In this document: positions 43,549 to 54,529 of the stretch, piece by piece
Position numbering within the stretch: position 1 is the first letter of the stretch
Layout: each line of letters starts with the position of its first letter
Origin: Vulcanimicrobiota bacterium
GTDB lineage: Bacteria > Vulcanimicrobiota > Vulcanimicrobiia > Vulcanimicrobiales > Vulcanimicrobiaceae
Direction of reading: 5' to 3'
NCBI GenBank assembly: GCA_963777315.1
Contig: CAVZQC010000004.1
Span: 608,001 to 672,000 of the forward strand
DNA: 64,000 nucleotides
The notes under the pieces: generated by a model
What the model was told of the DNA's origin: nothing
Database searches by the model: none
What the model saw: the letters and a program-made list of their open reading frames with translations, nothing else
Position numbers and translations under genes: made by a program

Positions 43549-44901
43549 TTAACCACGCGCGTGGTTGATTCCAAGCGGAAGACGCGGCCGCTTTTTGCCG
43601 CCGCCGATGCCCATCTGCTTCATCATTTTGCGAGCTTCTTCAAATCGCTTGACGAGTCGATTGACGTCGGAAACCTGCGTGCCGCTCCCGCGTGCGATGC
43701 GCTTGCGGCGCGAACCGTTCAAGACGTCGGGATTCTGCCGTTCGCGCCGGGTCATCGAGCAAATGATCGCCTCGATTCGCGCGATGTCGGCCTCGGGGAT
43801 TTCGAAGTTCTTGGGCAACGCGCGCGAAAGCCCCGGGATCATCTTTAAAATGTCGGTCATCGAACCCATCTTGCGGACTTGCCGCATCTGATCCAAAAAG
43901 TCGTCCAGCGTAAACTGCGACTTGAGCATCTTCTGCTCGAGGTCTTTGGCCTGCTCGGCGCTATAGACGTTCTGCGTGCGCTCGATGAGGGTAAGCACGT
44001 CGCCCATGCCCAGGATGCGCGATGCAAGGCGATCGGGGTAGAACGGCTCCAGTGCGGAAAGCTTCTCGCCCACGCCGATGAATTTGATCGGAGCGCCCGT
44101 CACACTGTAGATCGAAAGCGCCGCGCCGCCGCGCGTGTCGCCGTCCATTTTGGTCAGAATGACGCCGGTGATGCCCAGACGATCGTGGAAGCCTTTGGCG
44201 ACGGCGGTTGCCTCTTGCCCCGTCATCGCATCGGCGACGAGCAGAATCTCTTTGGGCCCGATCTGCGCTTTGATGCGCTCGAGCTCGACCATCAGCTCGT
44301 CGTCGATCTGCAGGCGTCCGGCCGTATCGACGATGACCGTCGAGAGGCCCAAGCGCTTGGCTTCCGCAACGCCGTCACGCGCGATCGCCACCGGATCGCC
44401 TCGTCCCCTCTCGAATACCGGCAGATCGATCTGATTGCCCAGCGTGCGCAACTGTTCGACGGCTGCAGGACGGTACACGTCCGCGGCAATCAGCAGCGAG
44501 CGGCGTCCCTGTTCTTTCAAACGCAGAGCCAGCTTGCCGGCCTGCGTAGTCTTACCCGAACCCTGCAGGCCTACGAGCATGATGACCGACGGCGGCGCAT
44601 CCGAAAATTGCAGCCGGCCGGCAGTCGAACCCGACGACGAGCCCAGCAGCTCGACCAGTTCGTCGTGAACGATTTTGACTATCGTTTGGGCGGGCGAAAG
44701 CGACGCCATGACGTCGGCGCCGATCGCCTTCTCTTTGATCGTGTTGACGAACGACTTGGCGGCCGAAAGGGAAACGTCCGCCTCGATCAACGCAACGCGC
44801 ACTTCGCGCATCACGTCGTTGACGTCGCTCTCGCTCAACCTGCCTCGGCCGGTAAGGCGCGAAAATATCGCGTTTAACCGGTCGCTGAGTTGATCGAACA
44901 A
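43549..44901 (-). CDS. ffh: Signal recognition particle protein
   Basis: GLQGSGKTT, DTAGR, TKMDGDTRGG motifs and M-domain. Confidence 0.98.
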   Translation of the reverse strand: MFDQLSDRLNAIFSRLTGRGRLSESDVNDVMREVRVALIEADVSLSAAKSFVNTIKEKAIGADVMASLSPAQTIVKIVHDELVELLGSSSGSTAGRLQFSDAPPSVIMLVGLQGSGKTTQAGKLALRLKEQGRRSLLIAADVYRPAAVEQLRTLGNQIDLPVFERGRGDPVAIARDGVAEAKRLGLSTVIVDTAGRLQIDDELMVELERIKAQIGPKEILLVADAMTGQEATAVAKGFHDRLGITGVILTKMDGDTRGGAALSIYSVTGAPIKFIGVGEKLSALEPFYPDRLASRILGMGDVLTLIERTQNVYSAEQAKDLEQKMLKSQFTLDDFLDQMRQVRKMGSMTDILKMIPGLSRALPKNFEIPEADIARIEAIICSMTRRERQNPDVLNGSRRKRIARGSGTQVSDVNRLVKRFEEARKMMKQMGIGGGKKRPRLPLGINHARG

Positions 44902-44904
44902 GAA

Positions 44905-45147
44905 CTATTCCTTGGCCGTGGCATCTTCGACGCGTTTGACCGCATCGCCGACGGTTTTGATTTTTTCAGCTTCTTCGTCCGGAATGTCGATGTTGAACTC
45001 GGTCTCGAAGGCCATCACGAGCTCGACCTGGTCGAGGGAGTCAGCGCCGAGATCGTCGGTGATTGAAGCTTCCGGCGTCACTTCGGACTCGTCGACGCCG
45101 AGCTGCTCGACGATGATCTTCTTGACTTTATCGAACGTGGTGGGCAT
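44905..45147 (-). CDS. acpP: Acyl carrier protein
   Basis: [12 protein letters not shown]. Confidence 0.98.
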   Translation of the reverse strand: MPTTFDKVKKIIVEQLGVDESEVTPEASITDDLGADSLDQVELVMAFETEFNIDIPDEEAEKIKTVGDAVKRVEDATAKE

Positions 45148-45162
45148 AGGTCTCCTATCTGC

Positions 45163-45906
45163 TTACATTAAAACGCCGCCGTCGACCACCAGGGTTTGCC
45201 CCGTGATGTATCCAGCAGCTTCCGAACAAAGAAAAGTGACTACTCCGCTGACGTCTTCGGGTTTACCGGGGCGCCCCAGCGCCGTTTGTCTGAGCAAATA
45301 CTCGCGCGCCTCTTCGGGCATCTTCTCGGTCATCGCCGTTTGGATGAGGCCCGGCGCGACGGCGTTGACTCTTATGTTCCTCGAACCCAATTCCTTTGCT
45401 AGGGACTTGGTCAAGCCGAGCAGGCCCGCCTTGGCGGCGGCATAGGCCGCTTGCCCGGCGTTGCCCATGATGCCGACGATGCTCGACATCAAGACGATGG
45501 ACCCCGAGCGCTGCTTCATCATCGGCTTGGCCACCGCGCCGCAGAGATAAAATGCCGACTTGAGGTTCACCGAGAGCGCCTGCTCGATAGCCTCGGGCTT
45601 GAGGCGAAGCAGCAGCGCATCGACGCTCTGCCCGGCGTTGCCGACCGCAAAATCAACTCGCCCAAAGGCGGATAGCGTCTGAGAAACGATCTCGCCGACG
45701 GCCTGCGGATCCGCAGCATCGCCCGTGAGCACGAGCGTTTGCGCTGCGCCACGTGCGGATGTGCACGCAGCGACGGTCTGCTCGAGCGCCTCCCGGTCGC
45801 GCCCGACCAACGCAACGCAGGCGCCGTTTTTTGCGAGATCGACGGCAACCGCGCGGCCGATGCCGCGGCTTGCGCCGGTCACGATCGCGATCTTGCCTTC
45901 GAACAT
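45163..45906 (-). CDS. fabG: 3-oxoacyl-ACP reductase
   Basis: TGASRGIG, YAAAK and NAVAPG motifs. Confidence 0.96.
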   Translation of the reverse strand: MFEGKIAIVTGASRGIGRAVAVDLAKNGACVALVGRDREALEQTVAACTSARGAAQTLVLTGDAADPQAVGEIVSQTLSAFGRVDFAVGNAGQSVDALLLRLKPEAIEQALSVNLKSAFYLCGAVAKPMMKQRSGSIVLMSSIVGIMGNAGQAAYAAAKAGLLGLTKSLAKELGSRNIRVNAVAPGLIQTAMTEKMPEEAREYLLRQTALGRPGKPEDVSGVVTFLCSEAAGYITGQTLVVDGGVLM

Positions 45907-45913
45907 TGCGCGA

Positions 45914-46872
45914 TTACCGGTTCTGCGCGGGCTGCGGATCGGCGAGCATTGCGCGCAGCTTTTCTACGCCGGCGTAATCCGATACGTTCAACACTTCGCG
46001 CGCGCCCGCAATGCGTTTCATGAGCGGAGCAAGCACCGGCGCAGCGCCGAATTCCACGACGACGTCCGGTTCGTATGCCAGCAGCCGTTGGGCCGTGTCG
46101 TGCCAGCGCACTTCGTCGGTAATCGAACGCATGAGATTTCGCCTGATCGTTTCGACGTCGCGATAAGGCAACGCGTCGACGTTGGAGACCACGTCGAAAT
46201 TCGGCAGGCGCAAATTACCCGCTGCAACGGCTCGCGCAAAGCGCTCGACGGCCGGTTCCATGAGCCGGCTGTGCCACGCGCCGGATACATTGAGCGGCAC
46301 GACGCGCTTTGCGCCCGCTTCGAGCAGCGCCTCGCCGGCGGCTTGCACCGCCGCGAGATCGCCGCTGATGACGATTTGCGCGGGCGAATTGAAGTTGGCC
46401 AGCTGCAAGAGTCCCGCTCCGCGCGACGTAATGCGTTCGACGATCTCGCGAATTCGGGGTGCGGGCATGCCTAAAACGGCCGACATGCCGCCTTGCGCGC
46501 GTTCGGCCGCATCCTGCATTGCTTTTCCACGTTCGTCGACGATGCGCAGTGCTTCTACGAACGAGAGCGCGCCGGCAATCGTGAGACTGCAGAACTCCCC
46601 AAACGAGTGACCTGCGCTGGCAATGGGCTCGAGCGCATCGCCGACGGCGCGATACAACGCGACGTTGGTGGCGAATATGGCAGGCTGGCTAAACTTGGTT
46701 TCACGCAGCTTCTCTTCGGGCCCGCAGCGCTGCATCTCGAGCAGATCGTAACCCAGCACCGCAGCGCACTGCGAAAAAAGATCTGCGGCGGCTTGCGAAT
46801 GACGCGCTACGTCGACTCCCATGCCGACAAGCTGCGAGCCCTGTCCGGGAAAAATAACTGCAACGCGCTTGC

Positions 46873-46876
<4 letters not shown>
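45914..46876 (-). CDS. fabD: Malonyl-CoA:ACP transacylase
   Basis: FPGQGSQ, GHSFGE and NVSGAWHS motifs. Confidence 0.96.
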
Positions 46877-47883
<1,007 letters not shown>

Positions 47884-47886
47884 CGC

Positions 47887-48093
47887 CTACCCGTGAGAAT
47901 GGCCGGAGCGATCGTCCTGTATTTCAATGACCTCGCGTCCGGCATACGTTCCGCATTGTCCGCAGGCAAAATGCGGACGCTTGGGCGCGTGGCACTGCGG
48001 ACATTCGACCGTCGTTACCGGATTGAGCTTCCAGTTTGCCGCCCGGCGGCTGCGCGTCTTACTGCGCGGGGTTTTCCACTTGAGGTTGGCCAC
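47887..48093 (-). CDS. rpmF: 50S ribosomal protein L32
   Basis: CPQC..PKRPHFACGQCG.Y zinc ribbon. Confidence 0.95.
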   Translation of the reverse strand: MANLKWKTPRSKTRSRRAANWKLNPVTTVECPQCHAPKRPHFACGQCGTYAGREVIEIQDDRSGHSHG

Positions 48094-48558
48094 TTAATCA
48101 CTCTCCATTACACACGTGCACGCGACCGTATTTCTGTTCTCGCCGCAGGACGCGCAAAGGCCTTTACAGTCCGCTGCGCACAGCACGTTGAGCGGAACGG
48201 CGCCAAAAAGCAGTTGCGTCGCCAAATCCCGTACGTCCAATCGATCTCCGGCCAGCACGTTGCTCGTACCGAACGGATCGCTTTGCGCGTCCGGCCCGGT
48301 GTCGAGCTGCTCTTCAACGTCGACGTGCAATGTCCGATCGACGTCGGCCAAACATCGGTTGCACTCCCCGTAAAAGCTCGCGTCGATCGATCCCGCGATC
48401 TCCAGCATGTTCCCCGAAGACTGCATGGTGAGATGCACGGCTGCCGGAGCGAAGCGCACGCCCTCGAACGGCTCGAGCTCGACGTGCTGATCGAGCACGA
48501 GTCGCTGTCTGCCCCCTGCAAGCAAGCCGCCGACGTCAACTTTGTACGATGAAGCCAT
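48094..48558 (-). CDS. yceD: DUF177/YceD family protein
   Basis: CNRCL and LCAADCKGLCASCGEN motifs; upstream of rpmF. Confidence 0.93.
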   Translation of the reverse strand: MASSYKVDVGGLLAGGRQRLVLDQHVELEPFEGVRFAPAAVHLTMQSSGNMLEIAGSIDASFYGECNRCLADVDRTLHVDVEEQLDTGPDAQSDPFGTSNVLAGDRLDVRDLATQLLFGAVPLNVLCAADCKGLCASCGENRNTVACTCVMESD

Positions 48559-48666
48559 AACATAGAGGAAGGCCGCCCGGCGATTGGGGGGCCTTCTAAA
48601 CGCAGACATTGTAGACGGCGCGGAAGCGCCTTGTCAAACGACCGGCCCGGCGGGATTGAACTCCCG

Positions 48667-49392
48667 ATGAACACCATAACCAATCCGACGGCGTCCACTG
48701 CGGCCTTGGCCGGCCGCGGGGTCGCCTTCGCTCGGGACATTAGCGGCGCGGCAGCCCGGCACGGGCTCGACCCGCGCCTGCTGGCCGCGGTGGCGGCCCA
48801 AGAGACCGGCGGCCCCGGCAGCAATGCCGGCCACAATGTGGTGGGCGACGGGGGCCACGGTCACGGGCTCTTCCAAATCGACGACCGGTTCCACAGCTTT
48901 GCCGCCACGCCGGCCGCCATGGATCCTACGGCGAACGCCGATTACGCGGCGCGGATGATAACCGGACTGCTGAACCGGTACGGCGGCGACGTGCACAAAG
49001 CGCTCTCGGCATACAACGCAGGCGATCCGAACGCGCGCGGCACCGTAACCCAGTGGCCGGACGGCGCGCGTCTGGGTTACGCGGATTCGGTCTTGCGCCA
49101 TTATGCCATGCTCTCCGGGGGCAGCCCGCAAACATCCCCGAGCACGCCTTCCGTGCCCACGCACGATGCGCTATTGGATGAAATGAGCGCCGAAAGCGCC
49201 GCCGAGCAGAGCGGCGTCAATGCGCTGTCGTCGTTCGCGCTGCAGCTGCCCGCGATGCAGCAGCAGCCATCCTATTCGTATCGTCAGCTCGCGGGGTTGG
49301 ACGACAACGGCAACGGCAACCACGCTTCCGCGCTGGGCTCTATCGTCGATCCGGATTCGGACCCCGACGACGGCGCGGACCTTGTTCTTTGA
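48667..49392 (+). CDS. SLT-domain lytic transglycosylase with low-complexity acidic tail
   Basis: AVAAQETG (catalytic Glu), GLFQID and ALSAYNAG motifs. Confidence 0.9.
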   Translation: MNTITNPTASTAALAGRGVAFARDISGAAARHGLDPRLLAAVAAQETGGPGSNAGHNVVGDGGHGHGLFQIDDRFHSFAATPAAMDPTANADYAARMITGLLNRYGGDVHKALSAYNAGDPNARGTVTQWPDGARLGYADSVLRHYAMLSGGSPQTSPSTPSVPTHDALLDEMSAESAAEQSGVNALSSFALQLPAMQQQPSYSYRQLAGLDDNGNGNHASALGSIVDPDSDPDDGADLVL

Positions 49393-49439
49393 GATCGACT
49401 GCGTGATTGGCAACGCGACGAGACATGTGAGGAGCTGAA

Positions 49440-49820
49440 ATGGGTTTCAATATCGGTAGCGGCTTGATGGCCGGAATCCAAGGCTTTCTGGAAACGGGTA
49501 ATCCCGCAGCCGGAGTGGCAATGGGCGTAGCGGGCGGTCTGGCGGGCGGCGGTGCGACTGCCGGCAACCTCAGCGGCGCGCTCGGTAACGGGGAAATGGG
49601 TCTGCTCGATGCGCAAGACGAGCAGTTTCAAGTGCAGATGTACGCCGAGCAGATGCGCCATCAAGAGCAAATGCAGCTGCAGTCGCAAGCCTTCGATGAA
49701 ATGATGGACGAGAAATCAGAGCAGATGCGTGAAGTCAATACACTGCGCGACGTTCAGATGGCCCAGCGTAAAGCGGACAATCAGATCACCAAGAAGTTCA
49801 TCGAGTCGATCACCGAATGA
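49440..49820 (+). CDS. Hypothetical protein with Gly-rich hydrophobic N-half and Gln/Met-rich helical C-half
   Basis: RBS GAGGAG; 126-aa ORF. Confidence 0.85.
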   Translation: MGFNIGSGLMAGIQGFLETGNPAAGVAMGVAGGLAGGGATAGNLSGALGNGEMGLLDAQDEQFQVQMYAEQMRHQEQMQLQSQAFDEMMDEKSEQMREVNTLRDVQMAQRKADNQITKKFIESITE

Positions 49821-50023
49821 TCGACCGTACCAGGATGGCGCCGCGCGGCACGACGCCGAAAACGCCCGCCGACGGTGCGGTGGCTGCTCAGCAAGCGCAG
49901 TTCGACCAATCCATGGAGGAACGCGCGGAACTCGAACGCGAGGCCAACGTCCTGCGCGACATGATGCTCGCCCAGCTCAAAGCCGACGACGAGGTCCTCA
50001 AGAAGTACATCGCGATGATATAA
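49817..50023 (+). CDS. Small helical protein paralogous to the C-terminus of 49440-49820
   Basis: ATGA overlap; 20 of 40 C-terminal positions identical. Confidence 0.82.
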   Translation: MIDRTRMAPRGTTPKTPADGAVAAQQAQFDQSMEERAELEREANVLRDMMLAQLKADDEVLKKYIAMI

Positions 50024-50083
50024 CGACTGCCTGTGGCCCGAGCAGAGGGGGCTTGCCGCATATGGTAAAATCCTTTTCTGTAC

Positions 50084-50160
50084 GGGCCATTAGCTCAGTT
50101 GGTTAGAGCGCATGCTTGATAAGCATGAGGTCCCAAGTTCGACCCTTGGATGGCCCACCA
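50084..50160 (+). tRNA. tRNA-Ile(GAT)
   Basis: Cloverleaf; anticodon arm CATGC-TTGATAA-GCATG; encoded CCA. Confidence 0.96.
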
Positions 50161-50167
50161 TTGCGGC

Positions 50168-50198
50168 AGAGAAGCTCCCCGGGCGCGGGAGCTTTTCT
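50168..50198 (+). terminator. Intrinsic terminator, probably bidirectional
   Basis: AAGCTCCC...GGGAGCTT-TTCT between convergent genes. Confidence 0.65.
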
Positions 50199-52105
50199 CA
50201 TATCACGCGGATAATGGCCATCATGCCGTGATCTTCGTGGTACAGCATATGGCAATGGAACACGAACGTACCGCGCGGCACGTGGCGGAAGTCGACCAGC
50301 ACCTTGGTAATGCTCGGACGCATCAGCGGGGAATCCGGATCCTTGCGGTTGGGCATCAGCTTTCCGACGGGCACGAACACCACGTCGTTCGTCATGGGCA
50401 TCCCGCCAAGACCGTGCTCCAGCACGAACGCCATTTGATGAATGTGGAATGCGTGCGCTTCCAAAGTCGTGTTGATCAGATACCATCCTTCGATCGTGCC
50501 GGCTTTTACGGTGACGTCGGCATTCCGCGGAATCATGCCGCCCGCAGAGAAGACCGGCCAGAACGAATGTTCTTGGAATCGAGGATTCGTCGTGTCGGTG
50601 ACGTGATATGAAAGATGCGCCGGATTCTTTTTTGAAACGCTCGGCAGCAGATATTCCGTAAACGTGATCGCTCTTCGGTGAATCGCCCAGGGATGCGTGT
50701 GCGCGAAGGCGACAAGGCGCGCAGCAGGCGTTTGCGCGACCTGCACCGGCACGGAGGCGACGGTTTCGGGTTGGGCTTTGCCGTCCGTAGCCGCTTGAAT
50801 CCGTACAAGTTCGTGCCGCATTTGAAAGAACGCTTCCGAACCTTCACAAAAATGCTCGCTGGAGAGCGTCAATTCTTCGCCCGGCACCATGGTCAGCAGC
50901 ACGGCTGCGCGAGACGACGGTGACAGCATCACCTGATTCATCGAAACATAACGCGCTAAGGGATGCGCCGCATCGCCCGTAACCGGGATCCCGTCGAGTG
51001 CGACGACTCGCAGTGCTTGCAGCCGTCCGCGCGCATCCCGCAGCTGCAGCGCTTTCGGGGAATCGGACGTCGCGTTCACGAGCCGGAGCAGCTGCGTTCG
51101 TCCGGCGGGCAAACGCAACGACGCAGGCGTGGCGGCTCCGTCGATGTCGAGCAGAGGCTCGGGCCCTACGCCGTCGCAACCGTCGGGGTTGAGCCGGACG
51201 GAGCCGGCTTGCACCGGGGTGCTGACCGGCCACGGCGGCGGATCGAACGGATTGTAAGCAGGCGTGGGGCCGGGTTTAAGCGCTTTTACGTCGGCTTCGG
51301 CAGCATCGTCGAGCGCGGACGTGTCGGGAACGAACTCGTTGTCGAAAATAACCGGCAAGCGGTACCGCAGCACGATGAGATGTTCGTCCGACGGCGCAAG
51401 CTGCGGCGCTTTGGGATCGACGATCCACGCACCGGACAAGCCGCCTGCGACTTGCGTGCGAGACATACCGTGCGCGTGCGGGTGATAAAAATAGGTCCCG
51501 GGAGGCTGCGTGCGCGGTATCGTTATGGAGTATTCGCACGCGTGCATCGGCGTGCTCAGCGTCGAGAGAAAGACGTTCTCCTGGTCGGCCGGCCCTTGAA
51601 AGCCGTGCAGGTGGATGTTCGTATCGAGCGGGGGCAAGTGGATGTACCGATCGCTCATCGTATGGTTTAAATAGCCGACATAGCGGACCACCGGACCAGC
51701 CGGCATCGGCATGGGCATGCACTTGGGAATCGCGCCGGCAGCAACGTGCTCGCCCGCGCTTTGTCCCGCGATGTCGTTGACGATGCGAAGCGCAAAATGC
51801 TCGCCGGGACGCACGTGGACCGCGGGAGGCACCGTCTGCACTGCGCCGTGCCAGGAATACCTGTAGCAGAATCGTTCACCGTCGCGGTGAACGGCCAAGA
51901 TGAGCTCGTGCTCGCCGCGGTCGTTGAGCGGCAGATCCCGAACGTCGACGTTGGGCGGTTCGATGATGTCGTGCGACTGCGGGGGCGGCGCGCACGTGGA
52001 AACGTGCCGCAGGGGAGAAGCGACGGCCGCGGGTTGTGCGGCGATGGCACCCGGCCAAGCTGCAGCAAACACGAGCGCCGGCCAAACGATAAGGCGGATG
52101 CTCAC
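50198..52105 (-). CDS. Multicopper oxidase
   Basis: HLHG, YHPHAHG, HAFHIHQ and HCHMLYHEDHGMM motifs; signal peptide. Confidence 0.93.
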   Translation of the reverse strand: MSIRLIVWPALVFAAAWPGAIAAQPAAVASPLRHVSTCAPPPQSHDIIEPPNVDVRDLPLNDRGEHELILAVHRDGERFCYRYSWHGAVQTVPPAVHVRPGEHFALRIVNDIAGQSAGEHVAAGAIPKCMPMPMPAGPVVRYVGYLNHTMSDRYIHLPPLDTNIHLHGFQGPADQENVFLSTLSTPMHACEYSITIPRTQPPGTYFYHPHAHGMSRTQVAGGLSGAWIVDPKAPQLAPSDEHLIVLRYRLPVIFDNEFVPDTSALDDAAEADVKALKPGPTPAYNPFDPPPWPVSTPVQAGSVRLNPDGCDGVGPEPLLDIDGAATPASLRLPAGRTQLLRLVNATSDSPKALQLRDARGRLQALRVVALDGIPVTGDAAHPLARYVSMNQVMLSPSSRAAVLLTMVPGEELTLSSEHFCEGSEAFFQMRHELVRIQAATDGKAQPETVASVPVQVAQTPAARLVAFAHTHPWAIHRRAITFTEYLLPSVSKKNPAHLSYHVTDTTNPRFQEHSFWPVFSAGGMIPRNADVTVKAGTIEGWYLINTTLEAHAFHIHQMAFVLEHGLGGMPMTNDVVFVPVGKLMPNRKDPDSPLMRPSITKVLVDFRHVPRGTFVFHCHMLYHEDHGMMAIIRVI

Positions 52106-52140
52106 CAGAGGATTATGAGCGTTTGGTCTCCGGCGCTACA

Positions 52141-53055
52141 TTAATGAGGCGTAATGGCACCGTCATCCTCCGGCGGCTCGACGAGCGTTTCGGGCACCTC
52201 CCCCGAGTGGACGAGAAAGTTGCCCCACGTCTGCAGGGGCGAAATCGCGCGCGCTTTGATATCCGTAAAAGCGATCGACGCTTGGTCGTACGCGCGGCGG
52301 TCCAGTACGAATCCGGTTTGCGCGCGCTCGCTCGCAATGTAGGCAGCACCGTCGATTTGCGTAAAATCGACGGTCCATTTTACGCCCGACAGTTGCGGCG
52401 CGGTGAAGTTGCCCTGCGTGACCAGCCTATCCGTGGCGAATGTGCCGTAGTTCACCCACAGTTCGCGCAGGCGATAACGATTCGGATTAGCGACAGGCTT
52501 GAGCGACAAATGATAATCGGCATGACCCGCGATATCGTTCATGCCGTCGAACGTTATCACGTAACGCCGGCGTACGACCTCAACCGCAGCGATGGTTTTC
52601 AGCGTTGAATTTTCCGCCCGAGGCGCAGGCACGCGCGCCGGCGAATCGCCGAACTCGCGGCGAATTTGCGCTACGAGCCGCATGCCGTCGTCGGTTTGTG
52701 CGCTTTGCGCCGCGTACGGTGCAACGCCGAAAGAATAGTTTGGAGCCAGTTCCGGAACGCCCAGATAGTCGAAGGTGCGCTGCGGTGCGCTCAGCGGTAT
52801 GCTCCCCCCGAACAGATTGAGATACGTGTTTATGCCGTGGGGCGTATACGGATGCGCGATCTCTTCGTCGCTTGCCGCATTAGCGTAGACGCGATCGGTT
52901 GCAGAATCGTATGCGACGTGATAGTGCGCCTGCGCTGTTGCTCCGCCATGCACGACCCTTACCACGATTCCGTATGACAACGCCCGCGGATAAGCCGCCT
53001 GCAGCCAATGCAGACGCGCCTTGGCGAAGACGGCATACGGATCGGGTACAGTCAG
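52141..53055 (-). CDS. Hypothetical protein with YHLSLKP...LRELWVN motif (start uncertain, possibly CTG overlapping the upstream stop)
   Basis: Frame stays open upstream of 52980 (PDPYAVFAKAR); paralog of 20615-21334. Confidence 0.65.
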   Translation of the reverse strand: MTVPDPYAVFAKARLHWLQAAYPRALSYGIVVRVVHGGATAQAHYHVAYDSATDRVYANAASDEEIAHPYTPHGINTYLNLFGGSIPLSAPQRTFDYLGVPELAPNYSFGVAPYAAQSAQTDDGMRLVAQIRREFGDSPARVPAPRAENSTLKTIAAVEVVRRRYVITFDGMNDIAGHADYHLSLKPVANPNRYRLRELWVNYGTFATDRLVTQGNFTAPQLSGVKWTVDFTQIDGAAYIASERAQTGFVLDRRAYDQASIAFTDIKARAISPLQTWGNFLVHSGEVPETLVEPPEDDGAITPH

Positions 53056-53789
53056 CGAGTGAACGTCTCCGCGGTGCCGCCGAAATACGACGCCGGCAAT
53101 GCTTGCGGGAACGTGTACCCGCTCAGAGTGTATTCGCCGAAGTAATCCGAGCTCTGCGAATATTCGTGGCGCCGGTACGACCAGACGACATGATTCACGA
53201 CCAGATAAGGCCCCGAGTATCCCAGTTCAACTTCAAAGTCGGTCAGCGAATTCGGACCTTGCGTGCTGCCGTCGAAATGAACGTATCCGCTCACGATCAG
53301 CTTCCAAATCGCCTCCGTCTGGGTGTCGACCCACATCGCTTTAATCGCGGGCCGCTTGGACGAAACGCCGTTAAACGCGAGCACGTACGTCGTGTGGCCT
53401 TTGTACGATTCGATCCCCTGCACGCTGCACCCCAAGTCGCCCTGCGTTCGCACGCTGGCGATCGTCGGAAGCACGTCGCCTTGCGGCAGCCACATGTCGC
53501 GCGCGGGACCATACGGGCCCAGCACCGGCGGTCCCGGTTCGGTCCGGCGCGTGAGCACCGGCTCGAAATTGAATCGCTCGTCGCGAACGCGCGCTATGCC
53601 GTCGTCGCGGTAGTCGACGTGGGCAACGGTTTGCACCACCGGCTGCTCGTCTTGCGTGAGTGAGATTCGCTCGTCATAGCTGACGTACGTGGGGTGCGGC
53701 GACATCGCACTGTGCCGAAGCGCCGAATCGAAGATGTCCCAGCATGGCGGAATGCCGATAGCGGCTGCCAGCACGATTGAAGGGAACAT
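53052..53789 (-). CDS. Hypothetical exported protein distantly similar to its neighbour (IKAMWVD)
   Basis: GGAGG RBS; Y.L.F...WVD pattern. Confidence 0.65.
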   Translation of the reverse strand: MFPSIVLAAAIGIPPCWDIFDSALRHSAMSPHPTYVSYDERISLTQDEQPVVQTVAHVDYRDDGIARVRDERFNFEPVLTRRTEPGPPVLGPYGPARDMWLPQGDVLPTIASVRTQGDLGCSVQGIESYKGHTTYVLAFNGVSSKRPAIKAMWVDTQTEAIWKLIVSGYVHFDGSTQGPNSLTDFEVELGYSGPYLVVNHVVWSYRRHEYSQSSDYFGEYTLSGYTFPQALPASYFGGTAETFTR

Positions 53790-53882
53790 TGGAATCGCCT
53801 CCATGGTTATTATGTGGTAGACACGGCCGGATGACAAGGTGATGAACGCGGCCCGGCGAACGAGCCGCGGTCCCAATTTCGC

Positions 53883-53955
53883 GGGGATGTAGCTCAGCTG
53901 GTAGAGCGCCTGCTTTGCAAGCAGGAAGTCAGGGGTTCGAGTCCCCTCATCTCCA
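53883..53955 (+). tRNA. tRNA-Ala(TGC)
   Basis: Cloverleaf, G3:U70, anticodon loop TTTGCAA. Confidence 0.95.
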
Positions 53956-53974
53956 AGCTGCGTGACCGCGGCGC

Positions 53975-54047
53975 GGGGGCATAGCTCAGCTGGTAGAGCA
54001 TTACGCTGGCAGCGTAAGGGTCAGGAGTTCGAGTCTCCTTGCCTCCA
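53975..54047 (+). tRNA. tRNA-Ala(GGC)
   Basis: Cloverleaf, G3:U70, anticodon loop CTGGCAG. Confidence 0.93.
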
Positions 54048-54084
54048 TATCATCGACGGTCCGGCCGCGCGGAGCGCCGGACCG

Positions 54085-54112
54085 TTGCACGCCACGGCGC
54101 GTGTGCTATACT
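54085..54112 (+). promoter_or_regulatory. rnpB promoter TTGCAC-16-TATACT with extended -10
   Basis: Located 7-8 nt upstream of the RNA 5' end. Confidence 0.65.
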
Positions 54113-54119
54113 GCTCGAC

Positions 54120-54507
54120 GCGGAGTACGCCGGGCGGCCGCTCTTCCGTACGCGGAGGAGAGGAAAGTCCGGGCTTCACTGGGCAGGGTGCAGGATAACG
54201 TCCTGTCGGGGCGACCCGAAGGAAAGTGCCACAGAAACATACCGCCTCCAAAGCGCGCAGCAATTTGGGGGCAAGGGTGAAATCGTGAGGTAAGAGCTCA
54301 CGGAGCCGCGCGGTGACGCGCGCTCGGGTAAACCCCACCCGAAGCAAGACTGCTCGATTCTCCGCCGGCGCGTAAAGCGCGCCTGCGCAGCGGACGGCCC
54401 GTCCGCCCGAGCAAACGTCGCATCGAGGTCCGCGGCAACGCGGGCCCCAGAGAGATGGCCGTCTCCCGCTCTGCGGGAACAGAATCCGGCTTATAGGCGT
54501 GCTCCGC
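54120..54507 (+). ncRNA. rnpB: RNase P RNA, bacterial type A
   Basis: GAGGAAAGTCCGGGC, GAAAGTGCCACAGAAA and ACAGAATCCGGCTTA; terminal P1 pairing. Confidence 0.97.
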
Positions 54508-54529
54508 GCATCTCCCGTACATTCAATGC

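Noticed and set aside
48569..48597. Hairpin GAAGGCC...GGCCTTC upstream of yceD
   Set aside because: Could be a leader element, but a single GC-rich stem is insufficient evidence.
48667..50023. Prophage remnant or WXG100/T7SS cassette
   Set aside because: No integrase, att duplication or phage structural genes, and no WXG motif in the small proteins.
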